Assembly (NCBI GenBank): GCA_951406725.2
Contig: OX597816.1
Location: 90,644,001 to 90,708,000 of the forward strand
From: Octopus vulgaris
Taxonomy: Eukaryota
DNA: 64,000 nucleotides
Reading direction: 5' to 3'
Shown here: piece by piece, positions 14,285 through 28,124 of the stretch
Position numbering within the stretch: the first letter of the stretch is position 1
How the letters are laid out: the number at the start of each line of letters is the position of its first letter
Notes under the pieces: model-generated
The model's database searches: none
What the model saw: only the letters and a program-made list of their open reading frames with translations
Told to the model about the DNA's origin: nothing
Made by a program: the position numbers and the translations under genes

Positions 14285-15599
14285 TGAATTTAGATTTCTG
14301 TTTCACTGAGGGCAAACTAGGATTGAATGGTAAATGTGTTTGCGTTACTCTAAAACAGTGTTCGCCTGCAAATGTACAAAACCACTTTTATTTTAAAGGG
14401 AACAGAAGTAGGTGTATGACGAAAATCAAAACCACGTCTCTTTCGTGACTCTATGTTGGTTCAGTTATATCAAATTTTGTTATAAAAAGTGTAAAATCAC
14501 ACAGGCACATATAGTAGACAAAACACCACACAAGAGTAAATGAAACTCAGTAGAGCAAAATTTATACATGTAGAATTATATGGTTAATATGGGATTAAAT
14601 ATAAATTATAACTTAAATCCTCAGAGTTCGCGAAAAAAAGAGACGAGCAAGCATGCAAATATTTCTTCAGCAACGACTCATTTGGGAACGACCGCAATCA
14701 TCTAAGATTTGAATATTCTATTAATGGATGAAAATGTGTGCGAGTGTGCGTGGGTCCTTGTGCTTGCGTGCGTCCGTGTGTGTGTTTTCATGCTTATGAT
14801 ATACATACATACACACATACATATATGTATATTTATTGTTGATCTTACCATCACGGAACAGTATAATATCTATCTATCTATCATCTAAATGTGTGACTAT
14901 GTATGTATGCATGTGTTGTGTGTGGGTGGATGGGTGGGTGTGTATGTGTGTATATGTATATGCATATAAATACTATTACATTTAGACTGAAACTAAGATC
15001 TGAAGACTAAATAAATAATAAGACCTTTGTAAACAGCTCAATTACCTTCCATGGAGGAATAGAAATTTCAAGAAGATATAACGGTAAGCAAAATAGGAAA
15101 CATAAAGAGAGACTATGTTTTTCCACATATTTGCTTGTGAGAACTCACCTATTAATTACTACACAAATAGTTAAATAGGCTCTTCAAACCCTAATTATAT
15201 ATCAAACCCTAATTATATATCAAGCTACAACATCCTCATATAACGCATTATGCTCAGTAAAAGTAAAAGAAGGAAAAGACGACGAAAATGTTTTAAATTG
15301 AATCATTTTGTCACGATCTATTGTTTTATTATTACTAAAGTGGACTCTAGTAAACTTGATGCAGCAAATCAAAAATTTGAACTAATATCACATTTATAGT
15401 GATACAATAACCTTGAAGAGATGGCATGTCACTTGTGAAGTAGTGAATGGTGAGGAAGCGTCTTTCACAAATTGAGGTGATTGATCGATTGTTCGAATGA
15501 TTAATCTAGAAACCGATTAGTTAACCGGTTAAACTCTAACGAATTAATAATAATAATAATAATAATGATGATGATGATGATGATGATGATGACGAGGAT

Positions 15600-15837
15600 A
15601 ATAATAAAAAAAGTATGATAAAAAATATTCAGACAAATACATAACAAAAACACCAGGACTTACAAATGTATATAACATACAGAAAATTCCGCTACTGGGC
15701 ACTGCACACATCCTACGCAAAACACTTTCAATACAGTTAACCGTAAGAGCATCACAACAAACCACAGAATATACCCAAGGCACATAGAGCTGCGCTCGGT
15801 AGTGAAGTGAAAGCAAGCTATAAAAATATAACCACTA

Positions 15838-15838
<1 letters not shown>
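15600..15838 (+). mobile_element. 5'-truncated R4/Dong-type LINE 3' end inside a (TAA)n tract
   Basis: KKYSDKYITKTPGLTNVYNIQKIPLLGTAHILRKTLSIQ followed by a short 3' UTR. It has (TAA)n(TGA)n on the left and (TAA)n at 15838-15925 on the right. Confidence 0.8.
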
Positions 15839-15925
<87 letters not shown>

Positions 15926-17325
15926 GTAAAAGGTGTGAAATAGCACCAATGCGTGTGTTTCTTATTGGTGCAATGACCCTCTCGAGATACAACAAAACTG
16001 TTTCAACGCACGAGTTCATATCAAGAATCTTGCAAAGCAAATACCAAAAAAAAAGGAAAAAGAAAACTAAATAAATAATTGAAATGAATTAAATATGGAT
16101 TGATGTGGATAAATAGATGGGATGGCAACAACTGAAACGCCTATGATACTACAAAGATTACAACAGCTACATCATCATCATGATCTTTGTCAATAACAGC
16201 AACAACAATAACAACAACAACAAAGTCATTACGACGAATTATTTAGAAAAATCAGCAAACATCTTCGCTCTTTGAAAGTCAGTGTTATGCAACGATCTGA
16301 CCCTATAAAATAAACATCAGCTTGTATCTATATAAAGTTGTCACATCCCACTTCGTGTCTTTCGGTATATAATTTTCATAATGTCGAGCATTTTATCTCT
16401 CTAATTACAAGAATTACAATCTGAGGTTGTAATACAATATGAGGTTGTTGAAATCTGAAGTTGTTGTCCGAAGAAAATAAATCAACACTTCTGTTGTAAC
16501 TGATTTGCTGGCGAGGGTCAATAATAACGCTATTACTGTTAGATTTACCGTGATCTAGATAATTTCATTAAAACAAACATTGAATAACGTATCAAAATAT
16601 AACATGAACAAACCTGCGTGTTAACAGCTTTGATCTTTTTCTTGACATCAACCTGATCAATTACTGAGTCTTTACAAGTTCTAAATGTGACACACATTGG
16701 AATATTGTTCATACATTTGGGACAGTGTTACTGAAACAGGCATATGACAAACCGATACACCAGAGCGATTTGCTTTCAGATATGTTGCTTTATCTATCTG
16801 CATGTTCTATCGCTAACGATTGGTTTTCATATATGCTGCTTGGTCTATCTGCATGTTCTACCGCTACTACAATGCCTTCTTTTCTTCTAAACAAGAAACC
16901 CGAATTCCATTTCAACGAAGACCACACGATATTCTTGTAATTCTTCCTCTTATCATTCCCGTTGTCTTTCCCTCTTTCCGACCTCTGTATTAAACACTTT
17001 GCTTAATGTTAACTCTCTAGAAATACAGATCTCTTGAATTCTCACATTCTACTTTTATACAGATATCAATCGCATCGATCTCGTTGGCTCTGGGGTGCGT
17101 TTACAAAAGCCATGGACACCAAACCTATTCCATTAATGTTTTCTGGTCACTTAATTCTAACAAGCACACAAAAATTCAATTTTCCGTTGTTTCCATAAAT
17201 AAATCACAGAAGCAGTATAACTGCTTCTGTACTCTTTTAATGCCATTCACAAACCATCAATAACTGTAACCATTATCTTAGTAATAATCACTTCCTCAGG
17301 AACAATGATGACGACGACGACGACG

Positions 17326-17391
<66 letters not shown>

Positions 17392-17399
17392 GCAACAAA

Positions 17400-17940
17400 A
17401 ACTAAATCCTGAATCTAATGCAGAACAAAAAGTGGACGTACAGAAGGCAAATAAATCGACCGTGATGAACAATAATAAAGCATGCCTTTACAACATTTCC
17501 GTGAATTCGAGTTGAATGGCGAAGCTGAGGCAACAGCATTCGTTATACAGGAGCAGGCTATTATTTCTGAATATATTGAAAGCAATATTCACAGCTCCTT
17601 CAATATAAATGATATGTCGCTTATGTGGAGCATTTCCTGTGACAATACTTCACGTTGTATCAGGATGTCCCACACCAGCTCCTACAAAAGATATTTGAGA
17701 CACAATAATGTAGCAAAACAGTTATACATTGATCTGCCAATTACATCGCAACTGATTCAAGAAAACATTTTGTGGTACACATAGGAATCTGTAGCCGCCT
17801 AGAAAATGGCTATGTAAAAAATATAGAAATGTCCTGTATTTCAGCATACAGAAATACAATGATATAGTACATAATAAGCCCGAAATCGGTCTTAAGGCAG
17901 TAAATAACAGCGTATTTATCACCGACATATCAGTGCCAAA
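17400..17940 (+). mobile_element. R4/Dong-type LINE fragment (CCHC finger plus RLE start)
   Basis: EAEATAFVIQEQAI; CRLCGAFPVTILHVVSGCP; RYLRHNNVAKQL; HNKPE; FITDISVP. Flanked by (TAA)n on both sides. Confidence 0.75.
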
Positions 17941-17989
17941 ATATATTACAGTATAATATATTTATAATAATAATAATGATATATATTAA

Positions 17990-18028
<39 letters not shown>

Positions 18029-18029
18029 C

Positions 18030-18240
18030 ATTTCCACTATAGGCAAAGACCAGAAATTTTGGGGAAGGAGCAAGTCGATTACATCGATCCCACTGTGTAA
18101 CTGGTACTTATTTAATCGATCCCGAAAGGATGAAAGGAAAAGTCAACCTCGGCGGAATTTGAACTCAGAATGTAGCGATGGGCGAAAAACCGCTAAGCAT
18201 TTCGCCCAGCGAGCTAACAATTCTGTCAGTTCGCTGCCTA
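18030..18240 (-). mobile_element. tRNA-derived SINE family A, near full length
   Basis: The minus strand has an A-box-like 'tgacagaattgttag', B-box 'gttcaaattcc', core 'ctttcatccttcgggatcgattaaataagtaccag' and an (ATT)n tail toward 17990. Confidence 0.8.
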
Positions 18241-19320
18241 TGGGTCACTCCACCCAAAAAGTGACACAGACAGACTGTATGTACCATGAAAAAGAGGGGG
18301 AAGAGGACTTATTGGATGCGAACACAGCATTAGAGTAGAAGAAAACAACGTAGTATGGTATGTAAAAAATGCCACATATCGCTATTACTAGAAGTAAGAA
18401 GGTCAGGCTTGAGTAGAATGAAAGGTTGCAAAGATAAAGCACTCTACAAGAAATTGAAAAACGAATGAAGCTGAAAATAGGTGGGTAAAGAAAAGAATGC
18501 ATGGTCAATTTCATAGGGATGTTGAAGATAAGACAGACAGAGAAAAAAGATGACTGTGGATGAATAAAAGTGATTTAAAACCGGAAACAGAGAATTTAAT
18601 TTGTGCTACCCAAGAGCAAGCACTAAGAACAAACTACATAACATACAGAATAGACAGCACATCAGAAAGTGATAAGTGCAGAATCTGTGAGCAAAACGGT
18701 GAAACCGTATGGCATATTACCAGCCAATGTATGCCACTTGCCCAGTAGGAATATAAGAGACGTCACGACAATATAGCCAGGCTTGTCCATTGGACACTTT
18801 GCAACAAGTATGGACTTGACAGAGCAAAAAATTGGTACGACCACAAACCTGAAGGCATTGTCGAAAATAGAAGTGCAAAGATCGTATAGGATTTTATGAT
18901 TCAGTGTAACCATGAGATTGAGAATATTAAGCCGGGCATATTCTTAATTGAGAAAGACTATGCTGGATTATAGATATAGCATGCCCAGCTGAGAACAAGG
19001 TATGCGATAAGGAAGAAAGAAAAGTCGAGAGATATGACAGGTTAGCTTGGGAAGTTAAGCAGTTGTGGTCGATGAAAAAGGTAGCAGTTGTACCAATAAT
19101 TGTCGGAGCCCTAGGAACAGTGAGCAAAAATCTCGAGAAGTACGTGGAACAACTAGGGACTGCAATAAGGGTGGAGCACTTGCAGAAAACAGCACTGCTT
19201 GGAACCGCTCGAATACTCCGGAAGGTGCTCGAAAAATAAGAGGTGTTACCTTAGTTCACTGGTAGTGAACAGCTGAAACTGTAGTACATCTCCAGCTTTA
19301 GAAGCTGTGCTAAGGCAATA
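18241..19320 (+). mobile_element. 5'-truncated R4/Dong-type RLE non-LTR retrotransposon (pseudogenised)
   Basis: LHPKSDTDRLYVP; LKPETENLICATQEQALRTNY; CRICEQNGETVWHITSQC; YKRRHDNIARLVHW; IIDIACPAE; VPIIVGALG; LQKTALLGTARILRKVLEK*. It ends in (CAA)/(TAA)n. Confidence 0.9.
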
Positions 19321-19365
19321 AATAACAACAACAACAACAATAATAATAATAATAATAATAATAAT

Positions 19366-20695
19366 GCTTAAGGTATATGGTTGCCAAGTGGTGAAATGAT
19401 GAAGGCAATTCAACCTCAATCCAACTATAGATACCTGGAAATACTTGAGGCAGATGGAATCAAACACAATGACATGAAGGAAAAGAAAAAAAAAGAGTAC
19501 CTGCGGCTAGTGAGAAAAATATTGGCTTCAAAGCTGAGTGCCAGAAACAATTTCGGCAATAAACTCGCGCGCAATCGCAGTAGTTCAATATGCCTCTGGA
19601 ATCTCAAAGTGGACAGAGGAGGAGCTAAAGGACATGGAGAGGAAGTCAAGAAAGCTCACGATGTATGGAACCCATTATCCATGTGCAGACACTGACCGCT
19701 TATACATAAAGAAAGAAAATGGAAGAAGGGGACTGATAATGAGAGCCTAAAGTAAGGAAACCTTGCTAGTGCCAGTTAGGAACGAGGGAATATTGAGAGC
19801 AGAGAAAAAGGGGAAAACGAAGGAAGAAGTACAAAAAGGACACAAAGAAGAATCACGCAAGAAGGGACTACACAATCAATTCCATGTAGCCACGACAAAA
19901 GTTACTGGAAAAATAGGTAAGAATGGCTGATGAAAGGAGCACTAAAAAACAGACACTATACTGGCAGCACAAGACCAAGCTTTGGTCACGAACTGGAGGA
20001 TCAACCTTAGGAATGAGCAAGTGTCTCCGTTGTGCCGCATCTGCAATAGAGTGGGTAAAATCATTGCCCATATCACGAATGAATGCCCTAGACTTGCTCA
20101 AAACCACTACAAATTGTGGCGACACGACCAGTTAGCGAAAGTGCTACATTGGAAACTGTGTGAAAAGTGGGGGCTAGAGAGAGGCAAATGTGATATGAGA
20201 ACAAACCGCAGAGATTGGCAGAGTCGGAGACTAGCAAAATCCTCTGGGATTTCCCAATCCAAACTAATCAGGTGCCAGAGCATAACAAACCGGACCTAGT
20301 CGTGGTGGACAAGGTGCACCACATATGCTATATAGTTGATGTTGCATGTCCCTTTGGACCATGAATAGTGAAGAAAGAAGGCAAAAAGATAGATAATTAC
20401 AACCTTCTTAAGTACGAAATTGCACGGCTATGGAAAATGAAGGTGAAGATAGTGCCGATTATTGTTGGGTCCTTGGGAACAGTATTAGAGGGCATCAAGA
20501 GGGATATAAAGAAAATTGGAATGGAGTGCCCAGTAGAACTGTTACAAAAGGTTTGCCTCCTTGGCACAACTAGAATAATCAAGAAAGTATTAAATAACTG
20601 AACAGATCGAATAGCATGGTACCGTAGGCTGCAGGTAGTAAGCCTGCTACGGATGTAAGACTCCAGGAGCTCCAAAAAAACTGTGACAAAAATAT
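19366..20695 (+). mobile_element. 5'-truncated R4/Dong-type RLE non-LTR retrotransposon, distinct subfamily
   Basis: YRYLEILE; KEYLRLVRKILASKL; YPCADTDRLYIKKENGRRGL; CRICNRVGKIIAHITNEC; WRHDQLAKVLHWKLC; HNKPDLVVVD; VPIIVGSLG; LQKVCLLGTTRIIKKVLNN*. Confidence 0.9.
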
Positions 20696-20711
20696 AATAA
20701 TAATCCTAATA

Positions 20712-20902
20712 ATCTTTTCTACCATTGGCACAAGGCTTGAACTTTTGGGGGTGGAGAAAAGTCAATTACATCGATCCAGTGTTCTATTGGTACTTAATTT
20801 ATCGACCCCGAAAGGATGAAAGGCAAAGCTGACCTCGGCGGAATTTAAACTCAGAACGTGAAGACGAACGAAAGTTGCCTGGCATGCTAGCGATTCTTCC
20901 TT
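20712..20902 (-). mobile_element. tRNA-derived SINE family A
   Basis: Core 'tcgaccccgaaaggatgaaaggcaaagctgacctcggcggaattta' read on + (reverse orientation). Confidence 0.8.
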
Positions 20903-20924
20903 AACAGCAACAACAACAACAACA

Positions 20925-22730
20925 AGAAACGCTCTGGAGAAAAATAAAACGAGTGAAAAGAACAGGAATTGATTAGTGAGATCCAATCACGAGGACTGAA
21001 GGAGGCGGACAGATCCTCTCTGAACGAATAGGCAAAAAAGACGAACGATGTACTGAAAGATATTGGAACGGAAAATGTACCTGATACAAATAAACAGCTA
21101 CGGCTGTGTTTGTTGCTAGGAAAATGGTATTTGTAAGCCCATTGAATGTTAAAAGAGGGAAGGAACCATGTTGGAAGAGAAGAATTAAAAATCCATTATC
21201 GAATTAAGAAAGCATATAATCATATTAGAGTGCCTGAAATTTTCTTAAGTACCAGAAAATGTATATGGGTTTACAGAAAGATCGATAGCCAACTAGAAAA
21301 CAGAGTTAATTTTCTGCAGTAAACAGTTAAAATCTGTTAACATACGAAGAAGTAAATTTCAGAGAGACAGCTTATCGCCACCCTTATTTGTCATCTGTAC
21401 GACTCCCTTGACCCAAGTCCTTAAAAAAGTGAAAATGGGATCAACCATCTGTTACTCATGGATAATTTAAAGCTATTTGTGAAAGCTGAGGATGAAATTT
21501 ATAGCTTAATATCTACTGTAAACCTGATTAGACAGGATATTGGGATGGAGTTTGGGATAAAAAAATGTGACGTTGTAACCCCGAAACGTGGAAAACTTAC
21601 AAAAAGTAGAGGGATTGAGCTTACAAATGGTCAAATTATTAAACATGTGGGAGAGGAAGGACACAAGTATTTCGGAATCATTGAGTTGATCAAAGAGAAA
21701 GAAATGAAAGAGATGTTAAGGAAGTAGAGGACTAAATTGTGAAAACTGTGTCAAAAGCGAAGAAAACAGCCTTTGTACCTTGAAAATGTAAAGGGTAACA
21801 TGATATTGAAAGTAAGGGACCACGACACACAGAAATCTGCTGATGCAGTAACACTGAATGAATGCAAAATGAGAGTGAAAAAAGTTATGCATGGATAATA
21901 CACTAGAGATAAAGCAGGCATTGATTGGATAAGAGTTAGTTGTGGCTTAGAAATGACGATCTGAAAGGATGCACTGAAGCTCTGGTGTGCAGGAACACAG
22001 TACAGGATCAGCTCTCTGAACTAACAACATTAAACATGTTGACAAAATGAAAGAATCACTATTATGTAAAATGTGTAGAATAAAAGGAGAAATGGTCAGC
22101 CATCTTGTAAGGGAATGTGCTAAGTTGGCACGGCGAGAGTACGACATGATAATGTTGCCAGATATATCCACTGGATGATATCTGAGAAATGTGAATTTGC
22201 CAGAGTAGCTAAAAGGTATGAGCAGAAACCTGAAGAGGTTTTAGAGAATGAGAGATTTAAGCTTTTGTGGAACTTCAAAATTCACTGTGAGAGAATGATT
22301 GAGGCAAGAAGGCCAGGAATTGTAGTTGCCAACATGAAAGAAAAAAGAAGCCCAAATTATCGATATCTCTACTTCAGGAAATAGTAGAGTGAAAGATAAA
22401 GAGTATGAAAAGATGGAGAAGTATGAGTCACTGAAGGATGAAGCTGGAAAGTCGTGGGGGATGAAAGAAGGTTTTAGTGATTCTAGTGATGATTGGAGCA
22501 TTGGGATGTATATCGGGCAGATATGAGAGCTTGCATCGGAATTAATGTAAGGTTGCATGTCATGCAGAAGACAGCAATTCTTGGTATAACAAGTAGTTTA
22601 AGGAAAGTTTTGTGCATGTAAGGCACAAGAGAGGAAGCAGTAAGGGATCGTTCTCAATTTGTTGACCGCTTACTAACTAAAATGTCCGGACCGTTTAACA
22701 TCTAAGTGACCGAGATTTACAAAAATGAAT
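20925..22730 (+). mobile_element. Internally deleted R4/Dong-type RLE non-LTR retrotransposon
   Basis: SLSPPLFVI; NHLLLMDNLKLFVK (YMDD equivalent); DIGMEFGIKKC; HKYFGIIE; CKMCRIKGEMVSHLVREC; HDNVARYIHW; EARRPGIVV; SLRKVLCM*. It ends in (TAA)n. Confidence 0.85.
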
Positions 22731-23199
22731 AATAATAATAATGTTTTTCTTTTACTTGAAGTCAAATTAGAAGTTTCCAATGCGTGTATAGGTAATTAAA
22801 TAAATCTTAACAATTGGCAGGCATTTTATAGTATCCCCGCGGGAAATGAACTCAGAACGTAAACCTGCATGATATTTTGTCCAGCACTCTACTCATTTTG
22901 TCATTTGTCACTCTAATAATGATTTCAAATACAAACACATAACAATATATTATGAGAAAAGAGCGTGGTCGATTTAATCGGCCCTAGTTCTAGAGGGGCA
23001 TTTATTTTGCCGAGCTTGGGAAGTTGAACAATAAAGTCGACTAGGAATGGTTTGAACTCGTAATATCACATTGTGCTGAATAACGACTAACATTATTAGT
23101 TTGCAGTTCTGAATAATAAATAGTGACATTAATAAAAAACAAAACAAAAAAAAAACAAACAATGAAAGACCGAAATCAAAATGTTGAGGATGACTTATC

Positions 23200-26100
23200 T
23201 CTATTTCATTGATTTGTGTCTAATTTCTAGTTTGCTTATATGTTGTACTATCACCAATAGCTGATTCCATATAAATGGGGCACAAGTCGAATGAATACCA
23301 AATCAGTTTAGTCGGAACTAAAGTAAGACGGCAATACAAACAAGAATCTTTGTATGATTTGGCTCTGAGTTGAAGCGAAAACGAGGACTTTGAATTTGGC
23401 GCATAAAACGTTTAAATGACGAAACGAACAAAATTATGTATCTCCAGAGACATATAAGCGGCACTCAATAGAATACTGACAATTTAAATAAAAGACAGGA
23501 CTTTACTTATGAAGTCCTGAAAATAAAACAGAAAATACATTAAATCGGAGAGAAAATGCGTTTGTGCTCCATTTGCATATTTTATAGCCATACTGTGTGG
23601 GATAAAAGATCTGGGGAGTAAAATAGCCTTCAGAAAGAAATAATTTTGGATCTTTACAGAGTCACTAATCTAAGAAGATACTTAAAACTATAACCGCTAC
23701 CAAACATAAACACACAGCACTTAAAAGTAAGAATACAATTAGAACACAAACAATGAAGAAAATAAAAAGTATACAAACTACGAAAATAAAAACTAACGTA
23801 TAAACATAAATTCGAAAGATAAACCTATAGCAAGAAAAAAAAGAACGAAATCAAACCTCAATAAACCTTCAGAAACTCAACTCACAAAAGCTGAACCAGA
23901 ATTAGACCAATGAAAATGAAGATGAGATAGTAAGTTCTATCAGTAGAAAGATGTGCGCTGGGAACCTTAAATATGACAATTGTATAAATGATGTATTTGT
24001 GTTGTGTATGTTTATGTGCGTGTGAGTGTGTGCGTGCGCATGTATATTAGTGTGCATATGTACATGTGGAGTGTTTTATTTAAGAATTTAATAAGATAGA
24101 CTATACACCCACGAAAGATCTCACAGTATAAAATTTTACGATAAGATGGTAGCAACGATAAAAAAATCCTCTATCTGTATCACATGGACAGGGTGGAACC
24201 AGAAGCGAATATTAAAATCAACCGGATAAGTCAGTAATATATGTAACACATACATTAGTTGTATTAGAAGTGTGCTTCCTTACAGCTTGATATAAGGATA
24301 TATCTGAACCTATACAAACCTTACTGAAAAAAACGTGCAAAAAATATAAAAGATAAAATATAAGATCTCAATATCGTTTATGAAATAGATAGCAAAGAGA
24401 CACAAATGATAAAATACGTTATACAATGTAACATAAAAGAGGAACATACTCTATTAGTATTACAACATAACTTTAAAATATGCTTCTGAAATGAAAGAGT
24501 ACGTAAGAATTCTTCGTTAAGTCGCAAATAATTCGTTGTTATCAGAACAGTTTTTTAATCGAAACAAATAATTCTTCACTAAGCCAAAGCAATGTTATCA
24601 ACAATTATCTACAAACAAAATAGAAATCAATTTAGCGCCAACAACAAAAGAACTATAAACCTTGGCGGAAGAGAGCATCGGCAGTAGATGGGTCACCACA
24701 AGGGAAAATATTAAAAACAACAAACAGTCACCAGAAAATCTCAAGAAGAAATAAGATTCAAAGAAGGTAACTCAGAATACAAATAATTGGAAAATACCTG
24801 AAAATAACAGTAACAAAGTAGTTACAAAGCTATTCAAAGAACTATTGAAAGAGCCAGAAACAACTATCGAGAAAACACATCGTAATCACCAAAACTGACA
24901 AAACACGGAACCTCCTAAAAGCATAGACCCATAAAATGTTTGTCTACAAAATTTTAGCAACAATATTATCGTACAAAATATACGTTCACTAGGAAAACAA
25001 AAGAAAATAAAAAACAACATAAGTTTGCTTATAAAGCGAAAAGAACTCTGCAAAGACGTATGAAACGATTAGTTGCTGATCACCATATCCGTAATTGATG
25101 AAGAAAAGCTAAAGCTAATCTGAACATGACATAGTGTTGTGTTTCCCAGTCATGAAATCTGAAAGCATGGACTATAACACCAGTAAACACATATACGTCA
25201 TATTAGTCTTTAGTAAATGAGAAGTAGTTTTAAAGAACCATCCAAACTAAAAAGAATTTATAAACATATATATATATAACAGTCGACATTAAAGGAGGAA
25301 TATTTCAGGAACATTTTCTACACCTCTCCTTTCGTATAATTTCTGTCTATGATTTAACCAATATTCCTGGCCAGAGGCCAGAGTGGGGATGGATATGAAA
25401 GCAATAGCATTACAAACAACCATCTGTATATGGAGGACCTCGAGCCGTATGTCAAGCTGAAAAGCATCTTACGAAATTTATAACGATTTAGGAAGATAAA
25501 AAATGGAATGGTATTTGAGTTGGAAAATTGCTTCAAAACATCCTTTAAGAAAAGATTCAAACCAGTGATAACCCATCAGTGAGAGAAAGAGAAATTAGAT
25601 GATTCAACTAAAAACGAAGAATTCGAAATTTACTGAATTAGATGAATTACAATCAGATGAAAGAAAAGGTTAAGAAGGAATATTATAAACAACTTCAATT
25701 AATACTAAAAGCTTAATGAAACAATGAGGCAATATGTATCAGTAATAGTCATTCCAGTAGTAAATTACAGTTATAATGTGCTCAATAGGAAAGAAACGGA
25801 AAATAACGACAATATTTAAAACACAAACTTAAAAGTCAACACAGAAGGATATTTATCACTAACAAAAGAAGGGTTGGAGACTTCTGTATCTAGAAGACTA
25901 TTATAAAATATCTGCTGCCTGTCTACAAAAATATCCAGTAAAGTGTAAAGAATAAAGGGAAGCATAAACAAAAGAAACCGTTTTCCGTTTTCAGAGAGGC
26001 CAAAAAGAAAAAAAACACAGAAGCTGGAGCAACAGGCAGCTGTGAGGAAGATGGTGAAATACTTTAGAAGAAGAAAAAAAGAAAAAAAAACACAAATAGA

Positions 26101-26830
26101 CTTAAAACAGGATTACAAAATGTCACGCTAAAACTTTTGAGAGCAAAGCTTCGACAAGACCAGCAAAGTAGAAGTGGATTAAAAAAAGAGAGAAAAAAAA
26201 GAATTAAGACGAAATGGTTTTGATCGAGGTAGTAGATCAATGTCTTTCCACCAGAAAATATTCGAAACATATAATTAAGCAGTATAAATAAAAAAACAAA
26301 CAAACAAAAATTCATCAGTAAATTATTTGGAGTCTATGAAGAAACAATTAATCACATTGTTTCTTGCCGTCCAGTCTTAGACAAAAGCCGAGTATATTAA
26401 TAGACATGGAATAATTAGAAGTTTTTTTTACAACGGAAATCATTACAGTATTTTGGAATGCACAGAAAAGAATTTATAAACACATGAAAACATTAAATTG
26501 CCTGAAATAATGACAAAGTAGCGACATGCCGATTAATGCAGAAAAAGAGATTAAAACAAATCACCCACAAACTCTTGTCAGAGATCATTAAAATCGAAAT
26601 TCTCCTAATCAATGTATAAACTTCTCCGGACAAGAGATTTCTGAGTAAAACGGAGAAACAATCTCCGTAACAATAGGTACCTTGGAAAAATATGATGAAG
26701 AGCAGATATATATAGAAGCTAAACTGTAGGATTACACATACATTGTACCATAAGGAACAGTTAGGTGCAGCAGGTGTCTCAGTACAAGGTGTCTCAGTAC
26801 AAAATATAAATAAAAATTTAACAGAACATT
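23200..26830 (+). mobile_element. Long, highly decayed R4/Dong-type LINE
   Basis: Relic motifs occur in the expected order: NWKIP (~24785), RPIKCLST (~24925), GGIFQE (~25295), NHLYMEDL (~25418), EETINHIVSCRPVL (~26338). The 5' limit is uncertain. Confidence 0.7.
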
Positions 26831-26884
26831 CTTTTTTTTGAGAGAATATGCAATAACAACAATCCCATTAAAATATTTGTCTCT

Positions 26885-27370
26885 AATTTAGGCACAAAGG
26901 CAGCAATTTTGAAGGGAGGGTAGGTCAATCCCAGTCCTTCAACGACCCTTAAAGGATGAAAGGCAAAGTTAACTTCAGTGGTATTTAAATTCAGATCGTT
27001 AAAGGAGTGGAAGAAATTCAGCGTGGTATTGATTCTAATATAAAAGTTAAAAGGCCTAGGGTTTTCTTTTGGTGGGGGAGGGGTGTTAGTCAGTACCGTC
27101 GATCCTAGTACTTGATTGGTATTTTATTTTATCGACCTCGAAAGAGAGAAAAGCAAAGTTGATCTCTACGGAGTATGAACTCGGCACATGGACTGCCGGG
27201 AAACTAGTGGAATGCATTTTGTTCGAAGCTCTAATGAATCTTCCGGCTTACCGATTTAAGACAACTAAAATAAAAATACCAATTTGAAGCATAAGCAAGG
27301 CCTGAAATTTGGAGGAAAGGAACAGTGGATCATAGTTGTTTACTCATTTATTTGTCAACCCCGAAAGCGC
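26885..27370 (-). mobile_element. Cluster of about three degraded SINE family A copies
   Basis: Repeated 'ggcacaa.g..gaaattt.g..g' and 'aaggatgaaaggcaaagtt' motifs. Confidence 0.65.
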
Positions 27371-28039
27371 GATGGATAAAACTATATTAAAAGGACAAAT
27401 CACAAAAATGGTAGGGTTCAAAATAGAATCTAGTACGAGACAACAGACAAAAATGATTATACAATAGAAACATAGGGCAAAACACAACAATCAAACTAAC
27501 AAATGACAGAAGCGGTATTTGCTCTCATCACCCTATGCTCAATCTTTCAGGGTTAGTTTTTTCTCAGTTGATTTCTGCGCCGCCCAACTAGTAATCTCGA
27601 CCCAATTTTTATCTACCTGGAAGACTGACTCAAGCCTGATTCCTATTATCTTAATAGAACATTTGATCCAGCAAGCTGTGATGTCGGCCAAGTATGCCGC
27701 ACTGTAAACCTACTCACTTGTCATGAGTTATGTGCTGTTTCTTTTGTCACTCGTATTCCTTCAGTTCGGTGCTAATCAACCCAATTTTTGCGGTGACGTT
27801 CAGTCGCTTATACCAACGCTACCTTCTCAGGATGCCATTATGCAGCCCTCACCTCAACATTTGCTAAAGAACAACAACATACAAAAGTTATGTGAAATAA
27901 CACAGTTGATGGACAAAGTATGTGATTCGAAACAGTTCCTATAGACAGCAATTTAGCCTGACCATCGAAGAAGCTGCTGACGACGGAAGTGAGCCAACCT
28001 CTAAAAAAAGAAATCAATACCGACACGGCTGTTGGCTGC

Positions 28040-28073
28040 GGTGGTGGTGGTGGTGGTGGTGGTGGTGGTGGTG

Positions 28074-28123
<50 letters not shown>
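28040..28123. repeat. Compound (GGT)n(ACT)n microsatellite
   Basis: Direct reading. Confidence 0.95.

Positions 28124-28124
<1 letters not shown>

Noticed and set aside
16780-16866. Two ~36-bp direct repeats with a short spacer, superficially CRISPR-like
   Set aside because: There are only two imperfect units in eukaryotic DNA and no cas genes. It is a local tandem duplication, like those at 15184, 26772, 33744 and 53253.
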